NCBI GenBank assembly: GCA_964632315.1
Contig: CAZWEM010000002.1
Span: 64,001-128,000 of the forward strand
Direction of reading: 5' to 3'
From: an uncultured archaeon
GTDB taxonomy: Archaea; Asgardarchaeota; Lokiarchaeia; Sigyniarchaeales; SOKP01
Length of the DNA: 64,000 nt
Numbering within the stretch: position 1 is the stretch's first letter; each line of letters opens with the position of its first letter. The notes beneath the pieces were generated by a model. That model was not told the DNA's origin. It saw nothing but the letters and a program-made list of their open reading frames with translations, and did no database searches. Both the position numbers and the translations under genes were made by a program. Positions 9,037 through 19,243 of this stretch are shown here, one piece after another.

Positions 9037-12000
9037 ATGATACAAAAAAAATTAAGTCAAAAACAACGCAAATTATTGGGTTTAACAACTCTTTTTGTCG
9101 TATTAAACATTCCCTTGCTATTAGGAATTTTTCCTTTAACAAGTCAGGACGTTGTTTCAAAACAAACTGAAGATAATGATGAAACATTGAATGTAAATGA
9201 TGTTGGATATGATTTATGGTGGAATACAAACTTTGAATATCGAAGTCTGATAAACATCACTAATCCCTATAATGAAGCATTTGATGATTTCGTCACTAAG
9301 ATTTCATTCAACTATACTACATATGTCACTATGGGTAAAATGAACGATAGTTTGAAAGACGTTAGAATAGTTCAAAATGGAATAGTAAAAGAATATTATA
9401 TTCAAAAAGATTTTCCTAACGAAGATATTGCAACAGTTTGGTTTAAAGTCAATGTAAGTGCCGGTCCTATAGTACAACAAGATACCTACATGTACTATGG
9501 TAATAACTCTATAGGGTTTGATGCAAAACTAATGGCTAAAAATCCAGATGGGTTAATTTGGTACAATTGCGAAGAAGGTTCGGGAAATATTTTAATTGAT
9601 AGCATGGGGAACTACAATGCCACTATTCATGCAGTTGGTGCTGATTTGTGGGATTCATCTGATCCTGCGATTGGAGCCTATTCTTTAACTTTTACAAATA
9701 ATGATTATATTGCCATACAAGATCTTTATTTTGAAGGTAGGAATACAATAGATGCACTTACAGTAATGGTATGGTTTAAGACAGCAGCATCCTCCTCTTC
9801 ATATACGGATAATTGGGCATTTTTCGATTTTGATCGTTCTGAAACATTTAATTTCTTCATTACACCAGGAACTGGAGGGAATCCAACGACTCCTTGTACA
9901 GAAGGAAGTATTGGTTTTGGAACATCCGCTCAAGGCTCTTCACCTGTCACTTCTGACTTTTTTAGTAATACGGATCATTTAAATGATGGAAGATGGCATT
10001 TTGCAGCTGCTAGCTACGATGGACTGGATAAAAGAATCTACATTAATGATTCTTTAGATAATACAGATCTCAATGCTCATGCAGGGCTAGCTTTAGGAAG
10101 AGATACGACTCGTTATGGATTCGTTGGTGATGGTTCTGAAGCATCTACTTTTGATGGAAATCGAAATGGCTTTTATTATACAGGAAGTTTAGATGAAGTT
10201 CGTTTTTTCGAACAATCTTTGGACGCGAACAGAATAGAACAGATATATAATGGTTATGAATTAGCGACTACATTGAACGAGGAACAAATACGATTTGCAC
10301 AAATAAGCGTCATAGCTAAGGATGTAGATGGTCGTATAGTACCAAACGTTGAAGTGACTCTTTACAATGAAACTGGCCCATTTTTAACTCAAACTACTGA
10401 TTCTAGAGGATTAGTGGAATTTATTGAAGTCCCTTTTGGAGATTATAATATGACAGCTAATTTTACATCTTCTCTCGGGGTGGAAAAAATGGTATTTAAT
10501 AGCAGTGAAATTGGAAAAGAATACTCCTTTAACGGACTAATATATAAGGTCTATATCGAATTAGATATTTGGGCGATTGATTTTCAAGTGGAAGATTGGA
10601 ATGGAGATCCAATGGATCAAGGTTTTATCGAAATATGGGATACTGATTCGAAAAACACATTGATTGATAACTTAACAATCAATCCTGATACAGGTTTACA
10701 GACTTTTAGATGGCTTAATACATCATCATATTACTATGAAATTTACTATAATAATCCTGATTATACTCCTCAGATAACTAAAATGAACAGTAGTACCATC
10801 TTACGCTCGAATTACGTTAATAACTTTAAAACCTTCACAAGAACTATAAATATAAATGAATCCGCGACTGAATATGTTGCACCATATTTTGGATTAAATG
10901 AGAACTATTACACGAGTGATTCTAATTCGACTGAGATTGGAAACACAAAAATTATCGATGCCACGTTCCAATTAGACAAAATGTTAGAGAGATTACATGA
11001 GATATATATTTACACGATTTCCAATAAGTACGATCCTACGTTTTATGATCCAAATGAGATATTTTATAAAAATTATGTCACTGAGACTTCTGATATCATT
11101 AACATTAATGTTACTGAAGCTACTGATGCTTTTGGATTGAGAATGGAATTATCATGGCTAAATACTTCAGCAAATTGTAATGGTACCGTTAATATTACAT
11201 ACACTCAAACATGCAATCAATTTATAAAACTCAACATGTCAAAATTAGAGATTAGAGTATTCGATTATACAGGAATTCCCGATCCTATTCAATATATCAT
11301 CGTGGAGGTTCGAAACAATTCTACAAAGGATTTAATAACGAGCCTTATTACTGATCCTGATGGAATCGCCACGGGTCAAACTTTAGGAGGTTATGGTTTT
11401 TGGTATTTGAATGACGTCTATGAATTTTCGCTGGAATTTTATGGTACACCAAATCGACCATTTAATGTTACCTATTCAGATCAGTGGGTAAAAGGAGATT
11501 TTGTTACTTCGTATAACTACACACTAAGTAAGGCATCTCTTCTGGAATTTGAAATGAATATCAATTTAGATAACTTCTTATCCGAGTTTAGAAATCAAAC
11601 TTGGGACACATCCACTGATTGGGGAGACAATATGAGCTTTGAAGTCAATTATACGATTTCAAGTGACGGAGGAAATAGCTGGAGCGCGATTTCGAGCCCG
11701 GATTATGCAATCTATAAAGTAAGAAAAGTTGGATTCAGTTCCATCTTGCTTAGCGGAGATATGGATGATCAAGGTAATGGAAATTATTCAATCACACTTA
11801 ATTCTGGTTCATTGACTGCAGGATTATCTTATACTTTAAGTGTATATGGGAGTAAAATTGGCTATATTGATCCTGATCCTGCTATAATGAGTTTCCAGGT
11901 AAATAGTGTTCCTACTAGTCTTACTTTCTATAATTACTCAAATCCAACACAAAGTATAACTTCTATATCTCAATACTATGGAGAATCAATGAATGTTTCT

Positions 12001-14595
12001 ATATTGTATAATAATAGTAATACAGATAATCCACTGTTGGGTGCTACTCTTAATTTTAATTGGGATTACGGTTCTGGTTCAATCATGAGCGATACGCGTA
12101 CTGGCTATGAAGAGTATTATGTTTTACAGATAGATACCACTTCATCACCTAATACGGGATTGTTTAAGTTCAAAGTTTCAGCGGAATTAGAGAATTATAC
12201 ATCACAAGTGAATGTGAATTTCGATGTATTCATACTTGATCGTCCCACCTTAATTAATGGAACAAGTCAAGTATTATACATTAGCGAAAATGTATATGCG
12301 CTTGATTCACAAACTTTCATATTCAATTATACTGATACAAACTCAGATAGCTTGATTGACAGTGCTAATGACGTTAATTACTTCTGGCAGAAATTAGATG
12401 AATTAGGTAATCCTATAATTGGCGAGACAGATTCCGGAGTATTAACTGAACTACCTAGCAACCTTTATCTTCTAAGTATTGGAACTGACGTTATGGAAGT
12501 AGGGGATTATTTTGTATACGTAACACTTCAAAAATTTAACTATGAAGACAGAGCAGCAATAATATCCTTATCAATTTTAGAACGTCCAACAAGATTAAAT
12601 GGCAGCTTGTCACTTCCTACAGTTTTTAAAAGTATAGACCAATTTGAGTCTTTTAATTTTACATTCACTTACACTGATTCATTAACATCTCAATCAATTA
12701 CTGATCTTGACATACAATCGTATAATTATAGCAGTGATGCTGAATCTTCTTCTGGTAATATTCCTCTTGGATATGATTCGAACAAAAAAATTTATTATCT
12801 TGATGGATTTGATACATCTACAAAGCCAAATGGCACGTATATTATAGATGTCTTTTTTGGGAAGCAGAATTACTCTAGTCAAACTGTGAGAATTAATTTA
12901 GTGATTAATTTTGTAATCAGTGATTATAATTCATCATTAAATCTAATTTCCAAAAGCCCACTTGATTTTTCTAATGATATTTACTGGAGAGATGAGGTAA
13001 CCGTTACATTCAATTTCACTACCAGTGATCCAACAAATGGAACTATTTTAAGTGACCCAGATTCTTTATACTTACAATTCCTTTATGATTCCCTTAATCC
13101 AATTGGAACTCAGATTAATTTACTCGGTTACAAGATTGCAACAGGAATTTATTCATACACCTTTAACACATCAGCATTTAATTTTGTTGGGGGTTATTCC
13201 TATTACATTAGCATTAAAGGTGGAAAATCTCCATATACTGCACCTCATGAGCTTCAGATATTATTCAAGGTACAATCTATTTTAACTCAACTTACAGTGC
13301 ATAATTATACAACTAATAACGAATATTCTCCATATGTAATTAATACATATTGGAATCAGCAATTCAATATTACGATTAGATATTCTGAAATTGCAACTGG
13401 TTGGAATATTGAGGGAGCTACAGTTAGTTTCAGTTGGTTCTTCGGATCTGGAGTAATTCAACCTGATTCTGTCAAGGGAAATGGATATTATACTTTTTTA
13501 TTTGATACGGGCAACGCTACTGAAACTTCCGTATATAATATCCAGTTAATAGCGACAAAGCAAAACTTTACAGACGGATTACCATACACCACTTTTCAAA
13601 TTAATATTATGGATAGGCCTACTGAATTAAACTCAACGGGTAATGTTTTCTATGTCAATGAAAAAATATACATACTTGATGTACATAACTTTACATTTAG
13701 ATACATTGATGTCTTAAGTTCCTCACCGATTTCTAATGCTGATGAATTAAGTTATATTCTTCAGAAGTTAGATTCAAATGGATACCCAATCTCAGGGGAA
13801 ACTTTTACTGGCTCTTTAATTGAAAATTCTCAGAATTATTATGTACTTGATTTAGACACGGAATCACTATCAAGTGGAGAATATTCCATCTTGATTACAT
13901 TACGCAAGGATAATTATGAATATCGAACTTCTGTTATGACTTTAACCGTACAAAAACGAGTATTTTCAATACAAATGAGCATCGATAATGAAATAGAAAT
14001 TGACGCAGCAAAATCTTTGCAATTCCAAGTAACTTTAACTGATCCGAATAATAGTTCAGCTACGGTTTCTGGAGCGGAAGTATACTTAATGATTGGTGGA
14101 ACCAGATACGATGCAAACGAAATAGATGATGGAGTATATCAATTCGATATTCCTGCCCTGGCGGATCCATTCTTTGTACCTGAATTCTTCAGGCTTGAAT
14201 TACACATTGAAAAGACAAATTTCCTTAATGAACAGAATACAATTACACTCAATGTAAAGATGAATGAAATCTTTCCGGGGGTTCCAACATTTTATTTCAT
14301 ACTGATTGTGGTTGGTGTGGCTGCTGTTGTAGGTTCACTTGTAGCATATCGAGCAATCCAACAAGCAAGAATTCCAAAGTTTGTTAAGAGGACAAGAGCG
14401 ATGAAAAAAGAGATAAAAGGACGCAAATCGATATCAGATAGTCTATTGTATCCAAGTAAAGAGGAATATATCCTAAAAGAACAAGGAGATAAATGGGACA
14501 TGATAGGTTTATCACTAGGAAGTATTTTAGGAATTGACACGAAAAGAAAGAAAACTATGCCAAAAACTCCTGAAAATGAGGGAGGTGTTGATTAA
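9037..14595 (+). CDS. Giant cell-surface protein: N-terminal signal/TM, DUF2341-like + LamG/ConA-like domain, tandem Ig-like repeats, C-terminal TM and basic cytoplasmic tail
   Basis: WWNTNFEYRSLINITN...DVRIV...VWFKV...YMYYGN; TVMVWFKT...DGRWHFAAASYDG...YTGSLDEVRFF; many N-x-S/T sequons; TM FYFILIVVGVAAVVGSLVAY. Confidence 0.85.
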   Translation: MIQKKLSQKQRKLLGLTTLFVVLNIPLLLGIFPLTSQDVVSKQTEDNDETLNVNDVGYDLWWNTNFEYRSLINITNPYNEAFDDFVTKISFNYTTYVTMGKMNDSLKDVRIVQNGIVKEYYIQKDFPNEDIATVWFKVNVSAGPIVQQDTYMYYGNNSIGFDAKLMAKNPDGLIWYNCEEGSGNILIDSMGNYNATIHAVGADLWDSSDPAIGAYSLTFTNNDYIAIQDLYFEGRNTIDALTVMVWFKTAASSSSYTDNWAFFDFDRSETFNFFITPGTGGNPTTPCTEGSIGFGTSAQGSSPVTSDFFSNTDHLNDGRWHFAAASYDGLDKRIYINDSLDNTDLNAHAGLALGRDTTRYGFVGDGSEASTFDGNRNGFYYTGSLDEVRFFEQSLDANRIEQIYNGYELATTLNEEQIRFAQISVIAKDVDGRIVPNVEVTLYNETGPFLTQTTDSRGLVEFIEVPFGDYNMTANFTSSLGVEKMVFNSSEIGKEYSFNGLIYKVYIELDIWAIDFQVEDWNGDPMDQGFIEIWDTDSKNTLIDNLTINPDTGLQTFRWLNTSSYYYEIYYNNPDYTPQITKMNSSTILRSNYVNNFKTFTRTININESATEYVAPYFGLNENYYTSDSNSTEIGNTKIIDATFQLDKMLERLHEIYIYTISNKYDPTFYDPNEIFYKNYVTETSDIININVTEATDAFGLRMELSWLNTSANCNGTVNITYTQTCNQFIKLNMSKLEIRVFDYTGIPDPIQYIIVEVRNNSTKDLITSLITDPDGIATGQTLGGYGFWYLNDVYEFSLEFYGTPNRPFNVTYSDQWVKGDFVTSYNYTLSKASLLEFEMNINLDNFLSEFRNQTWDTSTDWGDNMSFEVNYTISSDGGNSWSAISSPDYAIYKVRKVGFSSILLSGDMDDQGNGNYSITLNSGSLTAGLSYTLSVYGSKIGYIDPDPAIMSFQVNSVPTSLTFYNYSNPTQSITSISQYYGESMNVSILYNNSNTDNPLLGATLNFNWDYGSGSIMSDTRTGYEEYYVLQIDTTSSPNTGLFKFKVSAELENYTSQVNVNFDVFILDRPTLINGTSQVLYISENVYALDSQTFIFNYTDTNSDSLIDSANDVNYFWQKLDELGNPIIGETDSGVLTELPSNLYLLSIGTDVMEVGDYFVYVTLQKFNYEDRAAIISLSILERPTRLNGSLSLPTVFKSIDQFESFNFTFTYTDSLTSQSITDLDIQSYNYSSDAESSSGNIPLGYDSNKKIYYLDGFDTSTKPNGTYIIDVFFGKQNYSSQTVRINLVINFVISDYNSSLNLISKSPLDFSNDIYWRDEVTVTFNFTTSDPTNGTILSDPDSLYLQFLYDSLNPIGTQINLLGYKIATGIYSYTFNTSAFNFVGGYSYYISIKGGKSPYTAPHELQILFKVQSILTQLTVHNYTTNNEYSPYVINTYWNQQFNITIRYSEIATGWNIEGATVSFSWFFGSGVIQPDSVKGNGYYTFLFDTGNATETSVYNIQLIATKQNFTDGLPYTTFQINIMDRPTELNSTGNVFYVNEKIYILDVHNFTFRYIDVLSSSPISNADELSYILQKLDSNGYPISGETFTGSLIENSQNYYVLDLDTESLSSGEYSILITLRKDNYEYRTSVMTLTVQKRVFSIQMSIDNEIEIDAAKSLQFQVTLTDPNNSSATVSGAEVYLMIGGTRYDANEIDDGVYQFDIPALADPFFVPEFFRLELHIEKTNFLNEQNTITLNVKMNEIFPGVPTFYFILIVVGVAAVVGSLVAYRAIQQARIPKFVKRTRAMKKEIKGRKSISDSLLYPSKEEYILKEQGDKWDMIGLSLGSILGIDTKRKKTMPKTPENEGGVD

Positions 14596-14596
14596 A

Positions 14597-15706
14597 ATGC
14601 CAGTTGGATTAGTTGTGATGAAATGGGATGAAAGAGTCGGTACTGAAATACTAGCAAAATATCCAGAAGAGATAATTGTTACCGATAAAACTCTAATGCA
14701 GGTCTATAGTACACATGAATATAGTGGTGACTCCGGTATGATCAGTTTAATGGTTGGATCATTAAATATTGCTTCATACTATACCGGACCTGAAAAAGGA
14801 TATTATGTTCTACTATTATTAAACCTTGACGACGACCCAGATTCATATGAGGGAGGTTTGATTGATGTTTCTAGGATCATTCTGCAGAATTTGGAGGAGG
14901 AAGCTTATCTAAGCATGATACCTTCACTCTTCCAGAGATTGTCTATCTATCCCACCCTCAATGACGAACAAAGAATTGCGATAACTTACCAAGATGAAAT
15001 CAAGAGAATGATAATTAGCAGGTTGAGAGAAGAAGGTGTTGTTTCAAAATCAGAATTAATGGTGTGGTTGAAAGATAAGTATAAACAAGGTTTCGTCGAT
15101 TTAGAAGGAGTCTTGACTGAATTAATTAAACGAGAACTTGTGAAGGAAGCATCTGTAAAAGGAATGCCGTCTGAGTTGATCTTTCTCACTCATGATATTA
15201 TGATGTTAAGGACACCTCCAGTTCAGCTTTTAAAAGATCCCGCAGATCGAGGGTTACCTGCTCAATTAGCTGAGGATTATCGAGTAGAAGTCAAAAAGTT
15301 CTTTCAGAATTATAAACCATCGGAACAAGATAATTTAAGAGTAATAGATATCATTGTAAATCCTCAAGTATATGAAACTTTGAAATTACTTAGAAATGCT
15401 ATTGTCACTAAAAATGATCTTGAAAAACTCAAGAAAAAAGGAGTAGAAGATATTGATGACGTACTTAAAATGCTCTGGGAAAGCCAAATGATCCAAGTAT
15501 TTCAAGATGATTCTAACAATGAATATTACGCTTTATTATCTGATTTTTACGTCAATTTGATCTTTCCAAAATACTTATTGAACATAATTAAGGCAGAGTA
15601 CGAAAAAAAGTCGAAAGCAGAGCAAGTTTTAGTTGAATATCTTAATGTTTTAGAAGATACTTATTTAGAATCTAAATCAGTAACCAAAGTAAAAGCAAAA
15701 GAATAA
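14597..15706 (+). CDS. uDENN/longin-like N-terminal domain protein with helical/winged-helix C-terminus
   Basis: GLVVMKWDERVGTEILAKYP resembles the uDENN FD..xGP.l...YP start; ATG at 14597 after GGAGGTG, 1 nt after the upstream stop. Confidence 0.6.
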   Translation: MPVGLVVMKWDERVGTEILAKYPEEIIVTDKTLMQVYSTHEYSGDSGMISLMVGSLNIASYYTGPEKGYYVLLLLNLDDDPDSYEGGLIDVSRIILQNLEEEAYLSMIPSLFQRLSIYPTLNDEQRIAITYQDEIKRMIISRLREEGVVSKSELMVWLKDKYKQGFVDLEGVLTELIKRELVKEASVKGMPSELIFLTHDIMMLRTPPVQLLKDPADRGLPAQLAEDYRVEVKKFFQNYKPSEQDNLRVIDIIVNPQVYETLKLLRNAIVTKNDLEKLKKKGVEDIDDVLKMLWESQMIQVFQDDSNNEYYALLSDFYVNLIFPKYLLNIIKAEYEKKSKAEQVLVEYLNVLEDTYLESKSVTKVKAKE

Positions 15707-15743
15707 TTTTTTTTTTATTTTATATTTCTTTTTTATTTTAATT

Positions 15744-16730
15744 TTAATGTGGATTTGAAGCTATTCCTATAAGCAAACCTTGATGTTCAAAGATATCAAT
15801 ATTATTTAATCCGTTTTTATTCATCTCTAAATATAATTCATCATATGTATAAATACGGTTGATAAGTGCTGCTTTATATAACTTAATCAACTCATTGATA
15901 AAGATATTATCTGTCATTTGAAAATCTGCAACAGCAACAAGAATAATATATCCTTTAGGTTTGGTTACCCTTACAACTTCCTTTAAGATCTCATTTCTTG
16001 TCATTTCATAAAACTTTGGAGTTTTTTTATATACTGGTATAAAAGTGGCATCGAAAAAATTTTCTCTTTCTCGAAAAAGACCCCCTACAATTTCACTGTA
16101 ACGATACTTCCCCTTATTTATAGCAGATTTCGATTGGTTAATTTCATTTTTTGAAAGGATATAAATCTCGTTGCTAAATGATGAGATTTGATTTAGAATT
16201 GACAGTGGGACAAATTCAGATAACCAAATAGATAATACTCTATTAAAATTTTGAGTTCCAACTTTATCTAAAAATTTTTTGAAGAAATTTTCACGATATT
16301 CAGTTGATTCCATAACGTTATTATTTATAAGGAATTTAAGCAATAATTTTGGTATGAAATTAGTGTAATTAGTAGGATTTACTGCGACTTTTCCAGTTGT
16401 ACCATTATAAGTTAGTAACCCTCGTTTTTCAAGTTTGTCAAGGCTATAATAGAATTTTCCGGTTGACAATTTTTTAGGCACAGTAATAAATTCTTGAAAT
16501 TTAAGGGATTGAGGATTATCTTCAAGTTCTACTGGAGATTTACGCTCTCTAAACTCAATAAATTGCTTAACTTCAGTGAATAAAACGTGTCTCACCACTG
16601 GTTCTGAATATCGAGCTAAAAATTGTAAGATGATGATTTCTGCAATTGATAAATCAGCAAAATCCGAGATTGTATGATAAAGCGCATATTGATAATAATC
16701 ATCTTTATTTTCCAAATAAAGGCATCTCAA
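15744..16730 (-). CDS. Putative transcription regulator: winged HTH fused to a methyltransferase-like C-terminal domain
   Basis: LSTGKFYYSLDKLEKRGLL (wHTH recognition helix); FFDA...ILKEVVRVTKPKGYIIL (class I MTase C-terminal motif) without a clear GxGxG. Confidence 0.55.
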   Translation of the reverse strand: MRCLYLENKDDYYQYALYHTISDFADLSIAEIIILQFLARYSEPVVRHVLFTEVKQFIEFRERKSPVELEDNPQSLKFQEFITVPKKLSTGKFYYSLDKLEKRGLLTYNGTTGKVAVNPTNYTNFIPKLLLKFLINNNVMESTEYRENFFKKFLDKVGTQNFNRVLSIWLSEFVPLSILNQISSFSNEIYILSKNEINQSKSAINKGKYRYSEIVGGLFRERENFFDATFIPVYKKTPKFYEMTRNEILKEVVRVTKPKGYIILVAVADFQMTDNIFINELIKLYKAALINRIYTYDELYLEMNKNGLNNIDIFEHQGLLIGIASNPH

Positions 16731-16875
16731 TTTTTCAAATCTCTATAAATTAGGTATAAAACGCTTACCATTTAAGTTTTTCTAAAATCAGAGAAAAAAA
16801 TCTCTAATTTAATCGGGAAATTTATAAATTCTTGTTCATTAATGAATCCACCAATAAAAATTAAACGTGATCACA

Positions 16876-18237
16876 TTGGAAGGAAAAATTCCAAAAGAAT
16901 TTGATGAAATTGATATGGAAAATCTGTCAAAGCCTAATGCTTTACCTGAAGACATTGATTATGAGAACCATATCATTGGTACTTATACCGCAATGCTCCA
17001 CAGAAAAATGGATGCATTCTATATGATGCAAGCGGTTTGTGTAGAGCAATCCACGGGAACATTTGTCCCTGTCCCAGCAGAAACTCCAGAAACAAGAAGA
17101 AAACATGTTGCTAAGGTTATCGGATGGTGGAGATTTCCTGATTTTGAATATGAAGGTGCTGAAGATTTTTTCGGTAGTCCAAAGATGTATCAGTACGTCG
17201 TACAAATTGCATATCCCTTGAATTTCAAACCACAATTCCCCATGTTATTCACTACAATCTATGGGAACATTTCAATGGGAGGACCTCTTAAATTAGTAGA
17301 TGTTAGATTTCCAAAAGCGTTCTTAAAAGATTTTAAAGGACCAAAATTTGGAGATGTGGGAATCCGAAAAATCTTGGGAGTAAAAGAGCGACCATTATTA
17401 AATAATATGATCAAACCTTGTGTTTATACAGATCCAAAAGTAGGGGCAGAATTAGCTTATAAAGCTGCTGTTGGAGGATGTGATGTTATAAAAGACGATG
17501 AGTTAATCGCTGACGTTGAATTTAACCCGATCACAGAGAGAGTTACGGCTTTTATGGAAGCATTAGATAAAGCGGATTCAGAAAAAGGTGAAAAAACTCT
17601 ATATACTGTAAACATAACGGATAGGGTAGACAGAATGTTTGAGCTAGCTGATATAGTTCAAGAACATGGTGCGAATGCAATAATGGTCAATCACATCTCA
17701 GTAGGATATTCTGCCTTACGAAAATTAGCGGAAGATCCTTCTGTAAAAGTACCAATTTTAGGGCACATGGATTTCGCTGGAACATTATATCAAGATCCTG
17801 TGAGTGGTGTTTCTAGTCCTTTAGTACTTGGTAAATTTGGGCGATTAGCAGGGTGTGATTTCATAGTTCACCCGGCTCCATACGGAAAGGCTCCAACTAC
17901 TGCAGATAGATTCAAAGAAACTGCTAGACAAATGGTGATGCCAATGCGAAATGCCCCACATATCAAGAGAACAATGCCAATGCCAAGTGGAGGTATTACA
18001 CAGAGTCTTGTTGAAAAATGTGTTGCTGATTTAGGGACTAACATAATGATTGGAAGTGGTGGAGCTATTCATGCTCATCCAGATGGACCTATTGCAGGAG
18101 CAAAATCATTTAGACAAGCAATTGACGCTGTAATGCAAGGAATTCCAGCTAGAGAATATGCAAAGGATCATAAAGAATTAGCAGTTGCCTTAGGTTTGTT
18201 CGGAGTTGGAAAGAAAACAGAATTTACTTCTGTCTAA
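16876..18237 (+). CDS. RuBisCO-like protein (form IV RLP)
   Basis: EQSTGT, GNISMGG, FKGPKFG, GGCDVIKDDE, MPSGG, GGAIHAHPDG; IKPCV in place of KPKLG, and the His-Arg motif is HM. Confidence 0.9.
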   Translation: MEGKIPKEFDEIDMENLSKPNALPEDIDYENHIIGTYTAMLHRKMDAFYMMQAVCVEQSTGTFVPVPAETPETRRKHVAKVIGWWRFPDFEYEGAEDFFGSPKMYQYVVQIAYPLNFKPQFPMLFTTIYGNISMGGPLKLVDVRFPKAFLKDFKGPKFGDVGIRKILGVKERPLLNNMIKPCVYTDPKVGAELAYKAAVGGCDVIKDDELIADVEFNPITERVTAFMEALDKADSEKGEKTLYTVNITDRVDRMFELADIVQEHGANAIMVNHISVGYSALRKLAEDPSVKVPILGHMDFAGTLYQDPVSGVSSPLVLGKFGRLAGCDFIVHPAPYGKAPTTADRFKETARQMVMPMRNAPHIKRTMPMPSGGITQSLVEKCVADLGTNIMIGSGGAIHAHPDGPIAGAKSFRQAIDAVMQGIPAREYAKDHKELAVALGLFGVGKKTEFTSV

Positions 18238-18256
18238 ATATATTCCTTTTTTTAAT

Positions 18257-19243
18257 TTAATTTTTAATAAAATATTTTTCAAAAACTTCTTCTGCGTCTT
18301 CAAAATAGGTTTTTGATATGACTTTTAATAAAGGTTTGACATTATTGGGTAATAAATCTTTCACGATAGGGTTACCGTGGAGATCCAAGGTTCTAAGATT
18401 AGAAAGTTGGTTTATAAAATTCATCTCGCTAATATCTTTTATCTTATTGTTTGAAAGGTTCAAATATTCTAAGTTTTGTAAGTTCACTATATTGTTTACA
18501 TGCTCTATTTGATTATTGGAAAGATCGAGTTTTTTAAGATTTTTTAAATTAACTAAACCAATTACATCTGAAATATTTGAGATATTATTCTTCCAACCAA
18601 AAGGTAGTCCTTTAGGTTCTAATTCTAAATCTGAAAGATCTAATTCATTTACAGTTAAATTTTGTTTATCAATTTCATAATAAAAATTTGGATATATTCT
18701 TGAAAGATTTAATATGGTTAATAAATTTATTAAAATACTCGACAATTGTGCATGTGTTAAGTTTTGTAATCCAAATTTATTATCTAATCTTTTTATCATT
18801 GATATATATCGATTTAGATAATCTTCCTTGTTTTCATCAATAACATGTGATAATTTTGTAAGAATTAATTTTTTAGATTCTTCACTCGCTATTTTATCTA
18901 ATATTTTTATAATAGAAATTAACGTAAAATAGGATTTTTCGTACTTAATTCCCCAAGTCATCAATGGAAGTGCCTTTTTTGGAAAATTTTGACCTATTAG
19001 AACAATCGCTATATTTCGGATCTTCTCATTCAAATCAGTAACCATTATTCTTTCTAATAGCTCAAAATATTTGGATGAATGCATTCCAAGATTTGCTAAA
19101 GCAACCAGTGAGGAAACTCGTTCCTTTTCATCATCACAGTTATCCAAAATTAGAATTAAGAATTTAATTGCTTCAGCCCTTCTCAAATCTAACTGAAGGT
19201 ATTTATTAATAACTTGATCTACTTTTAAATATAACTTGGTCAT
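18257..19243 (-). CDS. HEAT-like + leucine-rich repeat protein
   Basis: LLERIMVTDLNEKIRNIA HEAT-like motif; LKKLDLSNNQI, LEYLNLSNNKI, LRTLDLHGNP. Confidence 0.88.
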   Translation of the reverse strand: MTKLYLKVDQVINKYLQLDLRRAEAIKFLILILDNCDDEKERVSSLVALANLGMHSSKYFELLERIMVTDLNEKIRNIAIVLIGQNFPKKALPLMTWGIKYEKSYFTLISIIKILDKIASEESKKLILTKLSHVIDENKEDYLNRYISMIKRLDNKFGLQNLTHAQLSSILINLLTILNLSRIYPNFYYEIDKQNLTVNELDLSDLELEPKGLPFGWKNNISNISDVIGLVNLKNLKKLDLSNNQIEHVNNIVNLQNLEYLNLSNNKIKDISEMNFINQLSNLRTLDLHGNPIVKDLLPNNVKPLLKVISKTYFEDAEEVFEKYFIKN

